This document shows, piece by piece, positions 1-13,400 of a stretch of 64,000 nucleotides of DNA (position 1 is its first letter; the number at the start of each line of letters is the position of its first letter). Location of the stretch: NCBI GenBank assembly GCA_964016885.1, contig OZ024746.1, forward strand, positions 83,700,001-83,764,000, read 5' to 3'. This stretch comes from Eledone cirrhosa. Lineage: Eukaryota. The notes under the pieces are model-generated. The model did not search any database. It saw nothing but the letters and a program-made list of their open reading frames with translations, and was not told the DNA's origin. A program made the position numbers and the translations under genes.

Positions 1-1204
1 CTCAGCTGGAACATCGGTTCACCCCTACCCCTATCCCACTCTATAAAGAAAAACCTCTTAGCCCCCTTCAGAACCAGTCTTAACAAAATTTCTTTCAGAG
101 ATCTTGAACAAAAGAGTAACAAGTCCTACTGCTTCATGGTTTAGTAGTTAGCATTTAGTTATGAAAAAAAAAAAATAACACTAAATGATAAAGTTTCAGA
201 AATGTATTCCATCTATTATCTGGTAGCATCACAATATGGGTATAAAATAATTAAAGACAAAACTTATGATTACTTTATTTGTTTACTTTTAAGATTTTCC
301 AAATCTCATCTTGAAATAACCAATTCTTTAGAAAAATGAATATGATATATCTGCCCCACCAAAAAAATGTAAATTATGATCTTAATTAAATCATTAGGGT
401 GCTAGCTCAATGCTTTTCTTACACCAAAACAAGTGAAATGATCGAGTAGTTAAATCACTGATGATCCATTTCTGTGATTTGAATTTAAATCTGTTGTATG
501 TGTTGGTATTGAATAAGTAGTAAATCTAATAATATACTACCCTCTTTAACACAACTATGTCTTTGAGTGTTTCTAGGGGATTTCGCTGTTGTAAGCATTT
601 GGCCGTTTCTTTCTCTGTCCATGAGTTTTTCCTGAAGATGTTGACTCACAGGTGTTTTGGCTAGGTATTAGCTACAATTAATCTAATTTTATGTTCATTC
701 AGTGTCTTATTTTTTTTTTTTATCACTTAGTCAGTTGGAAGGAACAGAACCCATGATACTTTTTAGGGCCTTCAATTTTCGTGGAATAGAGGGATGATGG
801 TATCCTCAAACTAGAGGCTTGTCTTGAATGCTTGCAACAGAGTGGGCTCTACTAAAGGCAGCCAAAGGTCTGGTGATGTTCTTAAAACAGATTATGATGG
901 GATTAAGTCTACCATCCAAGTAGGTGACAGCAGGATTTTAACTCAGAACTCAAAGACCTAGAAAAAAATAGGACCTGGCATCCCATCCAACACTGTCATG
1001 ATACCACCTGTTCATTGTCATAAACTTGTATTTTACTTATCAACCTTGGGAGGATGAAAGACAAAAGTTAATTTCTGTGGTATATGAACTCAGAATGTCA
1101 GTTGACAATAAACACTGCAAGGTATTTCATCTGACATTCTAATACTTCTGCCAATTTACCACCTTATAAAAAGTTTAAGGAAACAAAACTGATGAGGTAG
1201 TATT

Positions 1205-1430
1205 TTAACTCTTTTGATGCCAACATGCCCTAAACAAGCTCGGCTTCTATGAAACAAAATCACCCATTTTAAAGTGTTCCTATTTAAATTAAAATCTTCC
1301 AACATAGTTTTATATAAGAACCACTTGTTAAATTATGTTACAAATTATATCTTAATAATGAAATAATTAATAATTTTAGTAAATTCCTCAAAATTCTTCA
1401 TTAATTAATTGAAACAGAGTGTAAATAATT
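1205..1430. mobile_element. Degenerate TTAA-flanked MITE family 2 (approx. 250 bp); related copies near 18680-18870, 25125-25376, 36351-36775, 49860-50090, 54734-55314
   Basis: Copies share the start TTAACTCTTTTGATRCCAAC, internal CTATGAAACAAAA...TTAAAATCTTCCAAC and, in some, the end AATGAAAGGGTTAA; non-coding. Confidence 0.55.
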
Positions 1431-3159
1431 TGAAATGCAGTCATGATTATCCTGATACCATGCAGGAGATATTGAAAAAAATTGTTTTGAAATATACTTA
1501 ATTCTTGTGTAGCAACAAAATATTTCATTAAAACAGTCCCCAATTCTTCTATTATTCTCAAGAACCCTTTTCTTTTACATGTTTTCTTTATTTATATCAA
1601 CTTGCAGAAATTAAATTTTAAACAATCGTGACGTAATGAAATAGGAAATGTGGCACAGGATTGGCTTGATGAAGAAAGATATTGAACTGAACTGTTTTAT
1701 AATTAGAAAAAGTAAAAAAGTCTCAACAAATCAATGTATGATGGCAGTTTTGTAATTATTAGCTTCACTGTCAGTCAAATTTACTCTTGTCATATTTATT
1801 TCATTCTGAGAGCAAACATTTTCATTTATCTAAACTATAATAAAGAAAGGAGTGTGGGACTGCGTCCAGAATATATTTTTTTACCCCGTTTGTAAAATAA
1901 GTTTGATTACTTTGAATAAATAATGAATGAATATTACATAATTTATGTGCTAAATTTCGTGGCTGTTGATTAAATATATTTTATAGCTTATTTAAAGATC
2001 TTTAAAATTCACTTCTTTAAAATTTTCAAATGTCGGCACTTCCGGTTAGCGGCCGTTATAACACTTATAAAAATATTGCATATATTTCCCTCGCTAATTT
2101 TCTCCTAATGCAGTTTATATATAATATCGTCTTTTTTTTAATGTATCATGGATTACTTTACTGATTACATAAGACAGTGTAACACACACTTTGTTCAATT
2201 TCTGTGTATATTGTCAATTACGATTTTATTTGATGTATCATATCTACATGCATATATATTTGTGTATAATATCAATATGCACACTACACATGCTAGCAGA
2301 AAACCACCCAAAGGGTGGTTCTTCTGCTAGTTGTCATAATTGCTTGAATAAATTTCATGACCCAGTCGGTCCTTGGGTGCTGCTATTAAAGTCTATCCTA
2401 TTGTGAGCAGTCAGTGCAGGTGTCCCAATATCTTGATCTATTACCTCCTATTGCAGCAACCATGAGATATATCTCCCCCAACTCATAGTAGGAAGCTCTG
2501 CAACGGTCATGAGGACTGCCTTTCCTCATCTGACCAAATCATTTTACATTTTTTGGCAATTTTGAACTCCCAGATATCTTGTTCAGTTATATTGTTGCTG
2601 TTGTGTGAAATATCCAGTCAAGAAAATAGTTATTGCCATGCAATGAATATCTATCTGTATGTCACTACGTATACTCATATGTAGCCAGAACAACTCTTAG
2701 TGGGCAAGAATACATTGACAAACATTCTGAAGTTTAGATTAGCCAGTTAATCATCATCATCATCATCATCGTTATTGTTGTCATCTTCTTCTAATGCCTG
2801 ATTTCCTTGCTAGCAAGGGTTTGAAAGGTTGTCAGCAAACCAGGTCAGAACTCAAGCAGAGGTACTAACCCCAAAGATCATCCTGGGAGCCTACATCTCA
2901 CTTACATGTGTTCCTGCACTCTGCTAAGTGTTGAGACAGGTCAGCAGCCTGTATCGCACTTACATATGATCCTGAGCACTACCAAGTACATTTTATCATG
3001 ACACCAGTGCTAGGGAGGTTGTCATATCTTTGACACAGCTGGGGAGTCATCCCGACCCTTAGTTTGGCAGGTTCTCTACAGCTGAGTACCAGGAAATATT
3101 TGCAACAGAATAAACTTTGCTAAAAGGCATCTGATTACCAGTTTTTGTTGGTGGTTTTG

Positions 3160-3558
3160 TTAAACTGGGTAACATGTTAATCCAGGTAGCATGTTAAATA
3201 TGTGGCATATTAAACCAGACAGTATATTAAACTTAGTGATGTGTTAGACTGGACAGCATGTTAACCCTTTAGCATTTAAACCAGCTGTATCCGGCCAGAA
3301 TTCTCTCATCTCTTCTTGTTCAAACGAGCTGTAACCAACCACTCATAATGACGTTAAGGTGCTGTTCTCAAAATAAATAATATCAAAATCTCATAGAATC
3401 GATGTTATGTGAGATACTTATGTGAAATAAAGCCTTTACCATGAAAATACAATAGTAAATATAGAGTAATATAAATGCTAAAGGGTTAAACCAGGTGGTA
3501 TGTTAAAACTGGGTAGCATTTTAAACTGGGCAGCTTGTTAAATGGGGGGCATTTTAAA
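3160..3558. repeat. Degenerate approx. 17-bp minisatellite (TTAAACYRGGTAGCATG-like) interrupted by a MITE
   Basis: About 6 units before and 4 after the MITE, nearly all starting with TTAA. Confidence 0.7.
3265..3485 (+). mobile_element. piggyBac-type MITE family 1 (approx. 220 bp)
   Basis: TIR CCCTTTAGCATTTA / TAAATGCTAAAGGG, TTAA on both sides (3261-3264, 3486-3489); two more copies in the window. Confidence 0.85.
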
Positions 3559-3653
3559 TCTATTCCTCTTCCCAAATACATGATATATGTTTGTTTGGAG
3601 AACCTACTGTTACATGTTTTAGAAAAGCATTCTTTTTCTCCTTTCACCCATTT

Positions 3654-3692
<39 letters not shown>

Positions 3693-4164
3693 CTCGCTCT
3701 CGCTCTCTCTCTCTCTCTCTCTCCTTTATAGCTAAACAAGTATAATATATTACATATCTGTTGTTTATTTACCAGAATTAGTTTTGCTGATGTTAGTACC
3801 ATTTGTTTGAGAACATCTTATTTGCAGCATAAGACAAACCAACCATACTAGTTGTATAGAAAATGTTGATGTAGGTGTGTATATAAATGCATGAATACAT
3901 GAATACATGTGTGTATGTATGTTTCAGTGAATTGTTGCTGATCTCTCATTATTGTGTTGTTCACAACCATCAAGATTACTTTCTCTTGTTCTATTGATTG
4001 GGCAAACTGATTGTGTAAATTTACCAAAGCAGGTTTTTTAATATTTCTCCATTTAAAATTCCACATCATTGTTGAATTAGGGTATCTGCTGTTGTTGATA
4101 TTGATAATGTTGTTGATGTTATTGATGGTGTTGATGCTATTGTTGCTGTTGTTATTGAGAGTGC

Positions 4165-4775
4165 TGAGTATGGCAGTATCAGTAGAATGATGGACAAAAT
4201 GCCTTTTAGTATTTAGTTACAAACCTTTACATTCTGAGTTCAAAAACTGCTGGGGTCGACTTTGCATTTCATACTCGGATAAAATAAGTATCAGACATGC
4301 ACTGGGGTCCATATAACTAACTATACTCTTCCCCCCTCCCTAATTTGAGACCTTGTGTAAGAAATTATCATCTGGCAGTATCGGTAGAGGGTTGGACGCC
4401 ATACTTTCTAGCATAGTTACGTCCCTTTATGGTCTGAGTTCAAATACCGTCGAGGTTAACTTTGCCTTTCATCTTTAAGGGGTCGATAAAATAAAGTACC
4501 AGTAATGTACTGGGTAATTGCTGGCCTTGTGCCAAAAGTAGAAACAATTATTATTATAGGGTGGTGGATTGGCAGTGTCGTTAGGGCTTAATAGTATTTG
4601 TTCTGGCTTTTTACATTCCAAGTTCAAATCCTGCTGAGGTTAGCTTTGATTTTTATACTTACAGGGTCAATAAACCATTATTTTTATTATGATGCGAAGA
4701 ATTGGCAGACTTGTTAGAGTGTCAGATAAAATGATTTGTGGTATTCGTTCTAGCTCTTTGCATTCTCAGTTCTTG
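4165..4775 (+). mobile_element. Four head-to-tail copies (two partial) of tRNA-derived SINE family A
   Basis: Repeated TGGCAGTATCGGTAGA (A-box-like), GAGTTCAAAT (B-box), core CTTTGCCTTTCATC..GGGGTCGATAAAATAAAGTACC and (ATT)n tail. Confidence 0.8.
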
Positions 4776-5899
4776 AGTGCCTGACTTAGTTCATCATCCA
4801 CTGTCATACCACCATCTAGTTTTTAGGTGCAATCAGCAGATTTTATTCTGTTGCAAGCATTTGAACTAGGTTTCTGGTTTGAAGTCTTCTCTTACCAGTC
4901 TCAGGAGCTATGACAAAAAAAAAAAAGAAGAGTCATAGGCACTGCCTTTCACTCCCCATTGTGTATAATGCAAGCTGGGTCTATTCTATCTACAGTTGAG
5001 TGGCTTTTGGGTGTAGAACTCACACAGTCAATAGAAAAAACACTGTTTTAGTGGTGATGTATATAATAGCAGAAAAATGTTCAGCCTTCAAACATAGACA
5101 TGTGTTAAATTTACTCAAAACCACCAAGTCAAATAAATCATGATATTTTGTAGATAATTTGTAAAATCTGAGAGCTGAGAGATAATGTTAGACATGTTTA
5201 CACACTGATGTGATAAAGTTGCAGAAGCCAAATGGCTAAGGTTATAATGGTAAACTAAACTACTCACTATACTGTGATAAATTGATATCTTATTAACCTT
5301 TATATTTTCCCTTGGGGGATACATATACTATTTAATTGTCACTATCATCACTTTTGCATGTTTTTCCATCCTATCATAGGCTGGATGAGACTTTTTTTCT
5401 AGGTCTTACTACATGGATGAATGTCCTTCCTGATGGCACCCCTTATATTTTTTATTAAAAAGTAAGGTTTGAATGTTGAACCACTGATCTACGGGACTGA
5501 TTGCCTATGCATGATGTAAAAAAACATCACCACCTGTGCAAACAGTGTCAGATGTGAAGCAAATACATTTTAAAAAAAGATACACTCATGCAAATTTTGT
5601 TTCATACTCAGGTGGCTTGTGGTTCAGTCCCACTGTGTGGTACCTTGGTCAAGGGTTTCCTACTATATCCTCTTGAGTTGACTAATGCCTTGCAAGTGAA
5701 ATTTATTTGATGGAAACCCTATAGACACTTGTTGTGTGTGTACAGACTTATGTTGCTGTTTAATAATTTAGCAGTGCAGTTTGACAAATAGGGGTCGATA
5801 AAATAAATACTGGGATTGATATGATTGACTAAAACCCTTCAAAGCAATACACCAACATGACCATAGCCCAATGACTGAAATCAGTAATAGAATAAAAAC

Positions 5900-5949
<50 letters not shown>

Positions 5950-5957
5950 GGAAAATT

Positions 5958-6006
5958 CCCGTCCAAACCCATGCTAGCGTGGAAGATGGACGTTAAACGA
6001 TGATGA

Positions 6007-6010
<4 letters not shown>
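5958..6010 (+). mobile_element. Very short RTE-LINE 3'-end stub with (GAT)n tail inside a (TA)n microsatellite
   Basis: CCCGTCCAAACCCATGCTAGCGTGGAAGATGGACGTTAAACGATGATGAT closely matches the 3' terminus of the RTE copies at 42216-42441 and 43824-44391. Confidence 0.8.
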
Positions 6011-6064
<54 letters not shown>

Positions 6065-6649
6065 TGGGCCTCTGTACAATTTCTGTCTACCCAATTTACT
6101 CACAAGGCATTTGTCAGCCTGAGGCTTATAGTAAAAGATAGTTGCCCAAGTGCCAGGCAATGAGAGAGAACCTGTGACCAACAAGTTTGTGAACCAAACT
6201 TCTTAATCTCAAAGCCATTCTTGCTCCTTTTAAATGTAAAAACAAATATTATTCTAGTAAAAAACCATTCTCCTCATGCTAGCCATATACACCAAATTTT
6301 ACACACCCACAAAAATATATATATAGCGATAGATGACCGACAAGATCTCAGACCCCATTTGCTTAATCAGTGGGGTGGAGCTCGTTAAATCGGACATATA
6401 TATATATAAACTGCACCCACCTCCCAAATCAGACACACAAAAAGCTAATAAAACAGTCTACACAAAATATTTTGGAAAGTAACTAAATCTATAATTAAAA
6501 TGGATCTATCTTTATTAGAGATAGTAGTTTATGTTCTATAGGACAAACATAGACATAATAAAAGTACGGAGTAAAAATCTTCAGATACATTAGTTCCTGC
6601 AACCCAATTATCTCTTGGATACTTGGATGCCAATGAGGAAGCTAGAGTC

Positions 6650-6840
6650 AATTAGGAAGTCTTAACACGGTCACTCAACTTGTTAAAAGCAGCAGTGAAA
6701 TCCCCCTTAAACCCCACGATACTTTCAGGGGGGGGGGGATAAAGCAGACACTGAACAATGTAATCCAAGGCATGCTATCCTTAAACCAAAAGTTGGAATG
6801 GTCATAGTTGGAATGTATTTTATCATACATCTACTCAATT
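6650..6840 (+). mobile_element. Dispersed repeat family D (retroposon-like, (CAA)n-type tail); other copies near 7890-8090, 21300-21400, 29630-29830, 50400-50660, 56760-57150(-), 60270-60450(-)
   Basis: Shared GGTCACTCAACTTG.TAGAAATAGCAGCCAAATCTCC...GGTCATRGYTGGAATG..TTTGATCATAGGTCTGCT motifs. Confidence 0.6.
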
Positions 6841-9049
6841 AACCTTTTCATTACAGTATTACTAATTAAAAATCACTGCCAAAAATTTTCTAATCATTTA
6901 AAAAATTATAAAGACTTTGGAGTAATTTAGAATATTCTAGAACTTTCTTATTATTAAGTTGGTGTTTGGAGCAAAGAATAGGCACAGCGTATCCCTGTCT
7001 GCCATAAGAAGAGCATCCGGGTGTAAAAACCTTGTCTCAAACGATCCCGCCAAAACCCATGGCAGCATGGAAAAGTGAATGTAAAAACGATGATGAGGAT
7101 AAATCCTTTAAAACAGTTTTGTATAGTAAAATCAGGAGCAATTTCAGGGTGACCTGTGGCTAAGCAACACTATCTTTTGTCTTTTCCTGGAAGGATTTTT
7201 TCCATTTTGCATGATGTATGTGCAACATTCTTACAGCACTGTTGCTCACTATTCTATATTGTAGGCTGTGAATTTGCTAAAAGCTGTTCTATTTGTGATA
7301 TCTTGAATCAGCATATTTCTCTTGCAGCTATTCTGTATAAATTTTTTTCAATATGTGTGTATGTATGGGTGCCTATTTAAACATCATCATTACGCACGCG
7401 CGCGCACACAGACACAGACACAGACACAGACACACACACACACCACCCTTTCATTCCTTTATCACCTCAGAGATTTTATCATCCTTGATTGATTGTCATC
7501 CATTTTTATGTTGAGTTGTGAATACAAATCTCTTCATTATCAGGCTTTGTTCTACCTTGGTTCAGAATGGGTTAAATAAAACACTCTGCAACAAACCAGC
7601 CAGCAGTCCTATGTCTGCAGTAAATGTAAAAGTGGAAACATTAATGGTAGGAACAAAGCTGTCAACAAAGAAGCAATATTAAAGTAATATCTTCATATTT
7701 GTTCAAGACTAAGAAAAATTAATGAATTCTATTTTGTTCAGTTTCGTTTAGCAGTGTCAAGTGATGTATTGTTTTGGCAAAATCAAACAGTTTGGTCTTA
7801 TTTTCTATTGTTTTATATCTATTTTATTGGTCTGTCTTCAGTATAAACTAATAAATAAAATCGGCCTGAAGTTGCCTCTATATGATTTTCCACTTGTTAG
7901 AAATAGAAGCTAAATCTCCTTCAAACCACACTGTCATCTTAAAAAAGGGGAAGACATATTTGATAATGTGATACATTATGACTGAATAAAAACAAACAAA
8001 CAAACAAAGAAAAAGGAAACACCAAACAAATGAGATGTTTATTAGAGGAAGGCTTTTGATCTGGGTGGCCCTGAAGCTAAACAAGAACTTATAGACAAAA
8101 TTTAATGATGTGTACACTAAATTAGTTAAGATCAGTCTTGTGAAAGGAATATTTTTATGATTTATTTTTTGAGTTCACAGCTTCTTCCATGTTAGTTTTG
8201 AAGTTTAAAATCCAATAACTGAACATGTTACATGGAAGAGAAGAAAACATGTAGCTAACATAACTACAATCATTGCCAATACAGTGTAGCAAAGTCCCAC
8301 AACCATAGATATTTTAGCAAAGTATTTTATGCTCAAAACGAACAGATTAACCATTGTTTTAAATTGCCTCCCTTAGTTGACTGGCAATATATGCAGCAGT
8401 TAATGGGTATCAATAATTACAGTCGCCTGCATAGATTGTTTTGCTTCACTTTTATTTTTGCATGAGATAATGTATGTTTGTTTACATTGCTTGATACTCT
8501 ATCTATATAGTGAATAATGACATGATCAACCTGTCCTACATATTCAAACATTTACTCTCTCTCTCTCTCTCTTCGAAACTCAGAGCAAGGCTCAATAGAT
8601 AAGTCACATGCCATTTTTCATATCTGACCTTTTTTTTTCTGTTTTCTATTAAATGTATGAGAGCTGTGACTTATCTAGGAATATATATGATACATCATGT
8701 AATTGATAGGAAGGAGGAGTTCCACTGCAAATCTGTTTGGAAACTGTTTTTTTCTTTTTGCATCAATGTACCAGATTGACATTTCTGATGAAAGGTTAAT
8801 ATGATTGTTTCACCGTCACTCTGTCCTGGTGGTACCTTTTATTCCAAAAGCAATTTATAGATAAACCAAAACCAAAACTGACAAGCTACAGTAAACAAAC
8901 ACACACACACACGCGCGCACGCACACACACGCACACGCACGCACGCACACACACACACATGCACACACACACACACATGCTTGTCTATGTAGAAATGTAA
9001 ATATATGCAAGCAAACATGTACACATGTATACAGACTTATACAGATACT

Positions 9050-9210
9050 AGTTTTGTGGTTAAGAAATTTGTTTTGTAACCATGTGGTTTCTGGTTCCAT
9101 CCCATTGCGTGGCACCTTGGCCAAATGTTTTGTCTTCTACCACAACCTTAAACTGACTAATGCCTTGTGAATGAATTTGATAGATGGAAACTGTACAGAA
9201 GTCCATCATT
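9050..9210 (+). mobile_element. tRNA-derived SINE family B; other copies near 5613-5740(+), 6075-6220(-), 12077-12215(+), 12930-13070(-), 23930-24055(-), 49620-49772(-)
   Basis: GTGGTTAAGAA..GGTTCCATCCCATTGCGTGGCACCTTGG.CAA..CTTCTAC...GCCTTGTGAATGAATTTG.TAGATGGAAACTG; tRNA-like head plus CORE-like central block. Confidence 0.75.
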
Positions 9211-10412
9211 TGTTGGGTGTATGTTTGTCTTCAGCAGGATAGTCTTGTGCCATCTCTTTGGCACCTTCAGTTCATTTGTTTTTCTTCCTATTATCACTCA
9301 TGTTGTGTTCAACACCCCAGGTCACATAAAAACCACTGCAAAATAAATTGCCTAGAATTTTCCACCCTACTCATGTATTTCCAGCAAACATTTAACAGTT
9401 TAAACAGAACACTAATGGCTTCAATCTCTCTAGTCTTGGAGGGTCTGTGAATGCCATGATCATTGCTCCTTCTGAACCTAGCAAATAAAATAAATATTCA
9501 ATTTATGCTTTTGATTCTGATAAGGATTGCCTCTATTGATTCCTAGTCTAAACCATACACTAAAAACAGAGCAAAAAAGTAGGGAAAGGAGACAATTGGA
9601 ATGTGCTTTACATGTGGGGAAAGTCCATCTTAGAATGTTACAAGAGATCTTAGGGCCCTTAAGAATGCTGCTAACAAGCACAACTTTTGAGTTGGACTTT
9701 TTCCTTTAAAATATTCACGCCCCTAACTGTATGTTCCTGATGATATCATTTCAAGCTGATATCCATGAAAGAGGCTTCATGGCCACTTCTAAAATCACAC
9801 GATAAACATGCCATAGAGTTGGTCTTTGATTGCTTTTTCCCAATGAAGAGTTCCAATTTCTGAAGGTATACTTTGTTGGTGAGTTAATTCTTTAAGTTTT
9901 TAAAACTGGTTAGTAAAATATAAAGTCTGTGGACAATTTTAGGCTTGCTTAGACCTCCCAGTCTCTGTTACCCTAAACCACATTTATGGGAATGTTCCAA
10001 TATATAAATAGCATGAACTGTTTTCTAAATCAGAGGAATGAATGTAAAGCTGACCACATTGGGACAGTAAATTTTGTGCATGAACACACATTCGCATGTG
10101 CATGAACATACACACTTTCCTTTTACATTCTTTGCCTCTTTTCCCCTCCTGTTTTCTCACCCCTCCCCTCTTTCTCTCTCGTTTGTCCATATCTTTCTCT
10201 TTTTGATTTTCTTCCTCTGTCTTTCTATCTCTCTCTTTACTGTTCTCTTCTACAATACAAAGAAGTAGTGGTTATCATTAAAGAGATGTTATCCATCTCA
10301 TGAATAATCTCTTCTACTAAACTTCTAAATTTTTGCCTATAAAATATTTCAGATTGCAGATTGGAAGAAAAAACATACCACCTCTCCACATGTTCTTTCA
10401 ATAAGATATGAA

Positions 10413-10461
<49 letters not shown>

Positions 10462-13400
10462 AAAGAATTATGTTAATGAATTCAAACATTCAAAATGCAC
10501 TTAAGATGCAATCTATAATGAACTTGAATGAATTTAGTATACGGAAGAAAGAATAATTGAACAGAGGCAATGTAACTTTATAAAGTGCAAATCTTTTGTG
10601 TATATAAAGCTGAAGTCCTTTAAATGTTGTTATTGATGTAAATCAGGTTGGTATTGTGAAGGGTTCTCCCTCATAAAACCTCAACTGCAACATATACACT
10701 GCAATCCATTAAATGACACCATACTTTCCATCTAATTGTGTGCCAACATTATTTGCCAACATTATGTGCATTGGAATAGTTCCAAACTTTACCATAGAGA
10801 CATGCCTAAGCTATGTCAGCATAAAAAAAGCAGAAAAAAGATATATGTACATAATGCCGATGCTTTACTTTCCCTGGGGCCTAAAACTTATGGATTTTCA
10901 TCTTCACTGCTGACAGAATAAGAAATATTGAGCTGTGTAAATTGTGCCAGAAGCTAACTGCCAGTTTTATATTTGTTGTGTCTTGTCTCTTAATTTAGAG
11001 TTTTGGTTGTTGTTGTTGTTACTGAATAACCTGTTTGTGTATAGACAGAACATTAATTCACTGTTAAGGTGCAAGATACTTTATGATTTATAAATCTGTG
11101 CTCTTTACCTGTTTAGAATAGCAAAACTGTAAAGGAAGCAATCACCACTGTCTATAGGATCTTTTTTTCTTCTTCAAGAAGTACTTACTAACTGCATACC
11201 AGTCCATTTAGTTTAAAGAACCCCACCCATCCTATTCAGTTTGACATTGTTTTTCAGCTAGATTAAGTTCCCTTTATATTTAGCTTGACACACTTAAGCA
11301 ATGTACTTTTTCACTTTTATATTTCAAAGCCATCTCTACAACAGCCACATTTTTAGCATATCACTTATAAAGTGATGCAAATTTAGTGTTTTTTTTTTTT
11401 TAACCTTTAGCACGCTAGTAATGTTTATGAGTTGTTTCACTGCATTATCTATTAAGGGGATATTACTCATATGGTGCATTCTGTTGCCCGCAGCATACTG
11501 GAGGTTAATACATCTCTACACATGAGATTATAACATTCCATAGAATTGGCTAATTAACTTAATTCAGTATACCTGCTTTGAAGTTAGCATTTCATTCTGA
11601 AAATGAAACCATTTATAACATTGCATATACTTTTGTATAAGTCATACTGGCAGATAAGTTGTACAGCATGCGTACCATATATTTTGAATTGAGGTTTTGT
11701 AGATCCAGTAGATAAGTTATATGTTGTTTTTTTTCATTTCATATTTGTGTGGAAAAAGGTGTGAATTATTGAATTATACACATCTTATATTTGTTTTTCA
11801 CTTGTCCATCTCTATGATGGCTACTTTGAAATATAAAATGCTGTAGCAAGTGAAGTTTGCCATCTAATAAGGACAAGATTTAGAGGATATTTACTTCATC
11901 TGTTTCTGCTGCAGAGAAAATTTTTGATATTGTTTTTTCAAATTCATTTGGTAATTTTTTTTTATGTGTGTGTGTGTATTTGCTTTTTTTTTCTTCCTAA
12001 TTTAATTAGTTTGTATTTTATTGGATGTAACACAGTGTCAGCCAAAAATGTGCAATAATTCTTGCAATGGGTGTAAGCATGGCTATGGGATTAAGACATT
12101 TTTGGTTTTATTCCACTGTGTGGTACCTTGCAAGTATTGTCTACAATAGGTCTCAGACCATCCAGTGCCTTCTCAGTGAAATTCATAGATGGAAACTTTA
12201 CAAAGCTTGTTATGTATGTATGTGTGTGTAGTTATGAATGTATATACATTTATACACACATATATATATATATGCACACACGTGCATACACACAAATCAT
12301 GTCAAAAATGGAATGTGTCGAGTGTGATATGGTCCCCAGACTTGTGTTTAGAAGGACAGCAGCTCTGACTTGGTCTGTAGCAAGCTGTCCAACACATGAC
12401 AGTATGAAAAACGGACATAAAAAGATAATAGTGCTGATGATTGTGTGAATGTGTGCTCCATGCCTTCACTTCACATTTGACACAGCCAGTGGTGACAATC
12501 CCTATGGCTCAGTGCTTCAATATGTGAAGATGAGTATTTTGCTTTGAAAAAAATAAGTACTGGTTGGCATTAGGAAGGGCATCCAACCATAGAATACTGT
12601 CTCAAAAATATCTCATTGAATCCTTACTAGTATGGAAAAAGTCAGATGTAAAAATGATGATAATGAATAAGTATAGATTATTTTTCATTTCAATATATTT
12701 TTATGGTTTAGTCAGAAGTGGGGGAATACATATGACCTTTTTTAAGACCTCCGAGTCTGGTGGGGATGTGAGGAAAAGAAAAAGAAACTTTGTTCACATT
12801 TGAGACTTTGTCTGAATGTTTGTAACAGAAAGGAATCTGCCCGAGGCATCAAAAGGCCGGGTGGTAGTGATAGAAACTAAGTAGCAGATTAGGTCTAACT
12901 ACCCCCAAAAGGTACAGTTTGTCAGTATTCCACACAGTTTTTCTCTACTCAGTTCCATGAACACAGCTTGGGTCTACCTGAATTTGTGGTAGAACACTCA
13001 TCCAATGTGCTGGTAGGATTGTACCCAGAACCACATGATTTCAAAACAAACCCCATAATTACATGGCTCCCACTATTTAGTAAATTAATAACATTGCAAT
13101 GTTTCTATTTTTATACATTTTATGTTTATATAGTAATTTTTGAAAAGTTAAAACTCTGGTTCACCAGTAGACCAGCAATTAGCTTATAACACCCTGTAAT
13201 AATTTAGCAGAAAATATCTACAACTTTTGTTTGTTAATCTTAATGCTTATAGTATGTTTACTAGTGGACAGAGTGTTGTGAAAATTTGCAGTATTACAGT
13301 AAAGACTTTAATTTTAGTGTTGAACTTACTAATACATATTTTACGGACAGTTCGTTGTGCAGTTATGTATAGGGGTTACCTTAGTTTGCCTAACTAAAAC

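Noticed and set aside
3848-4069. Minus-strand 73-aa ORF
   Set aside because: No recognisable motif or splice signals; ends in low-complexity sequence
9735-9790. CTGATGA...GAAA hammerhead-like spacing
   Set aside because: Stem II does not abut GAAA and stems I and III cannot form
10713-10921. Two protein-looking short ORFs
   Set aside because: One is preceded by an in-frame stop with no acceptor; no recognisable domain in either
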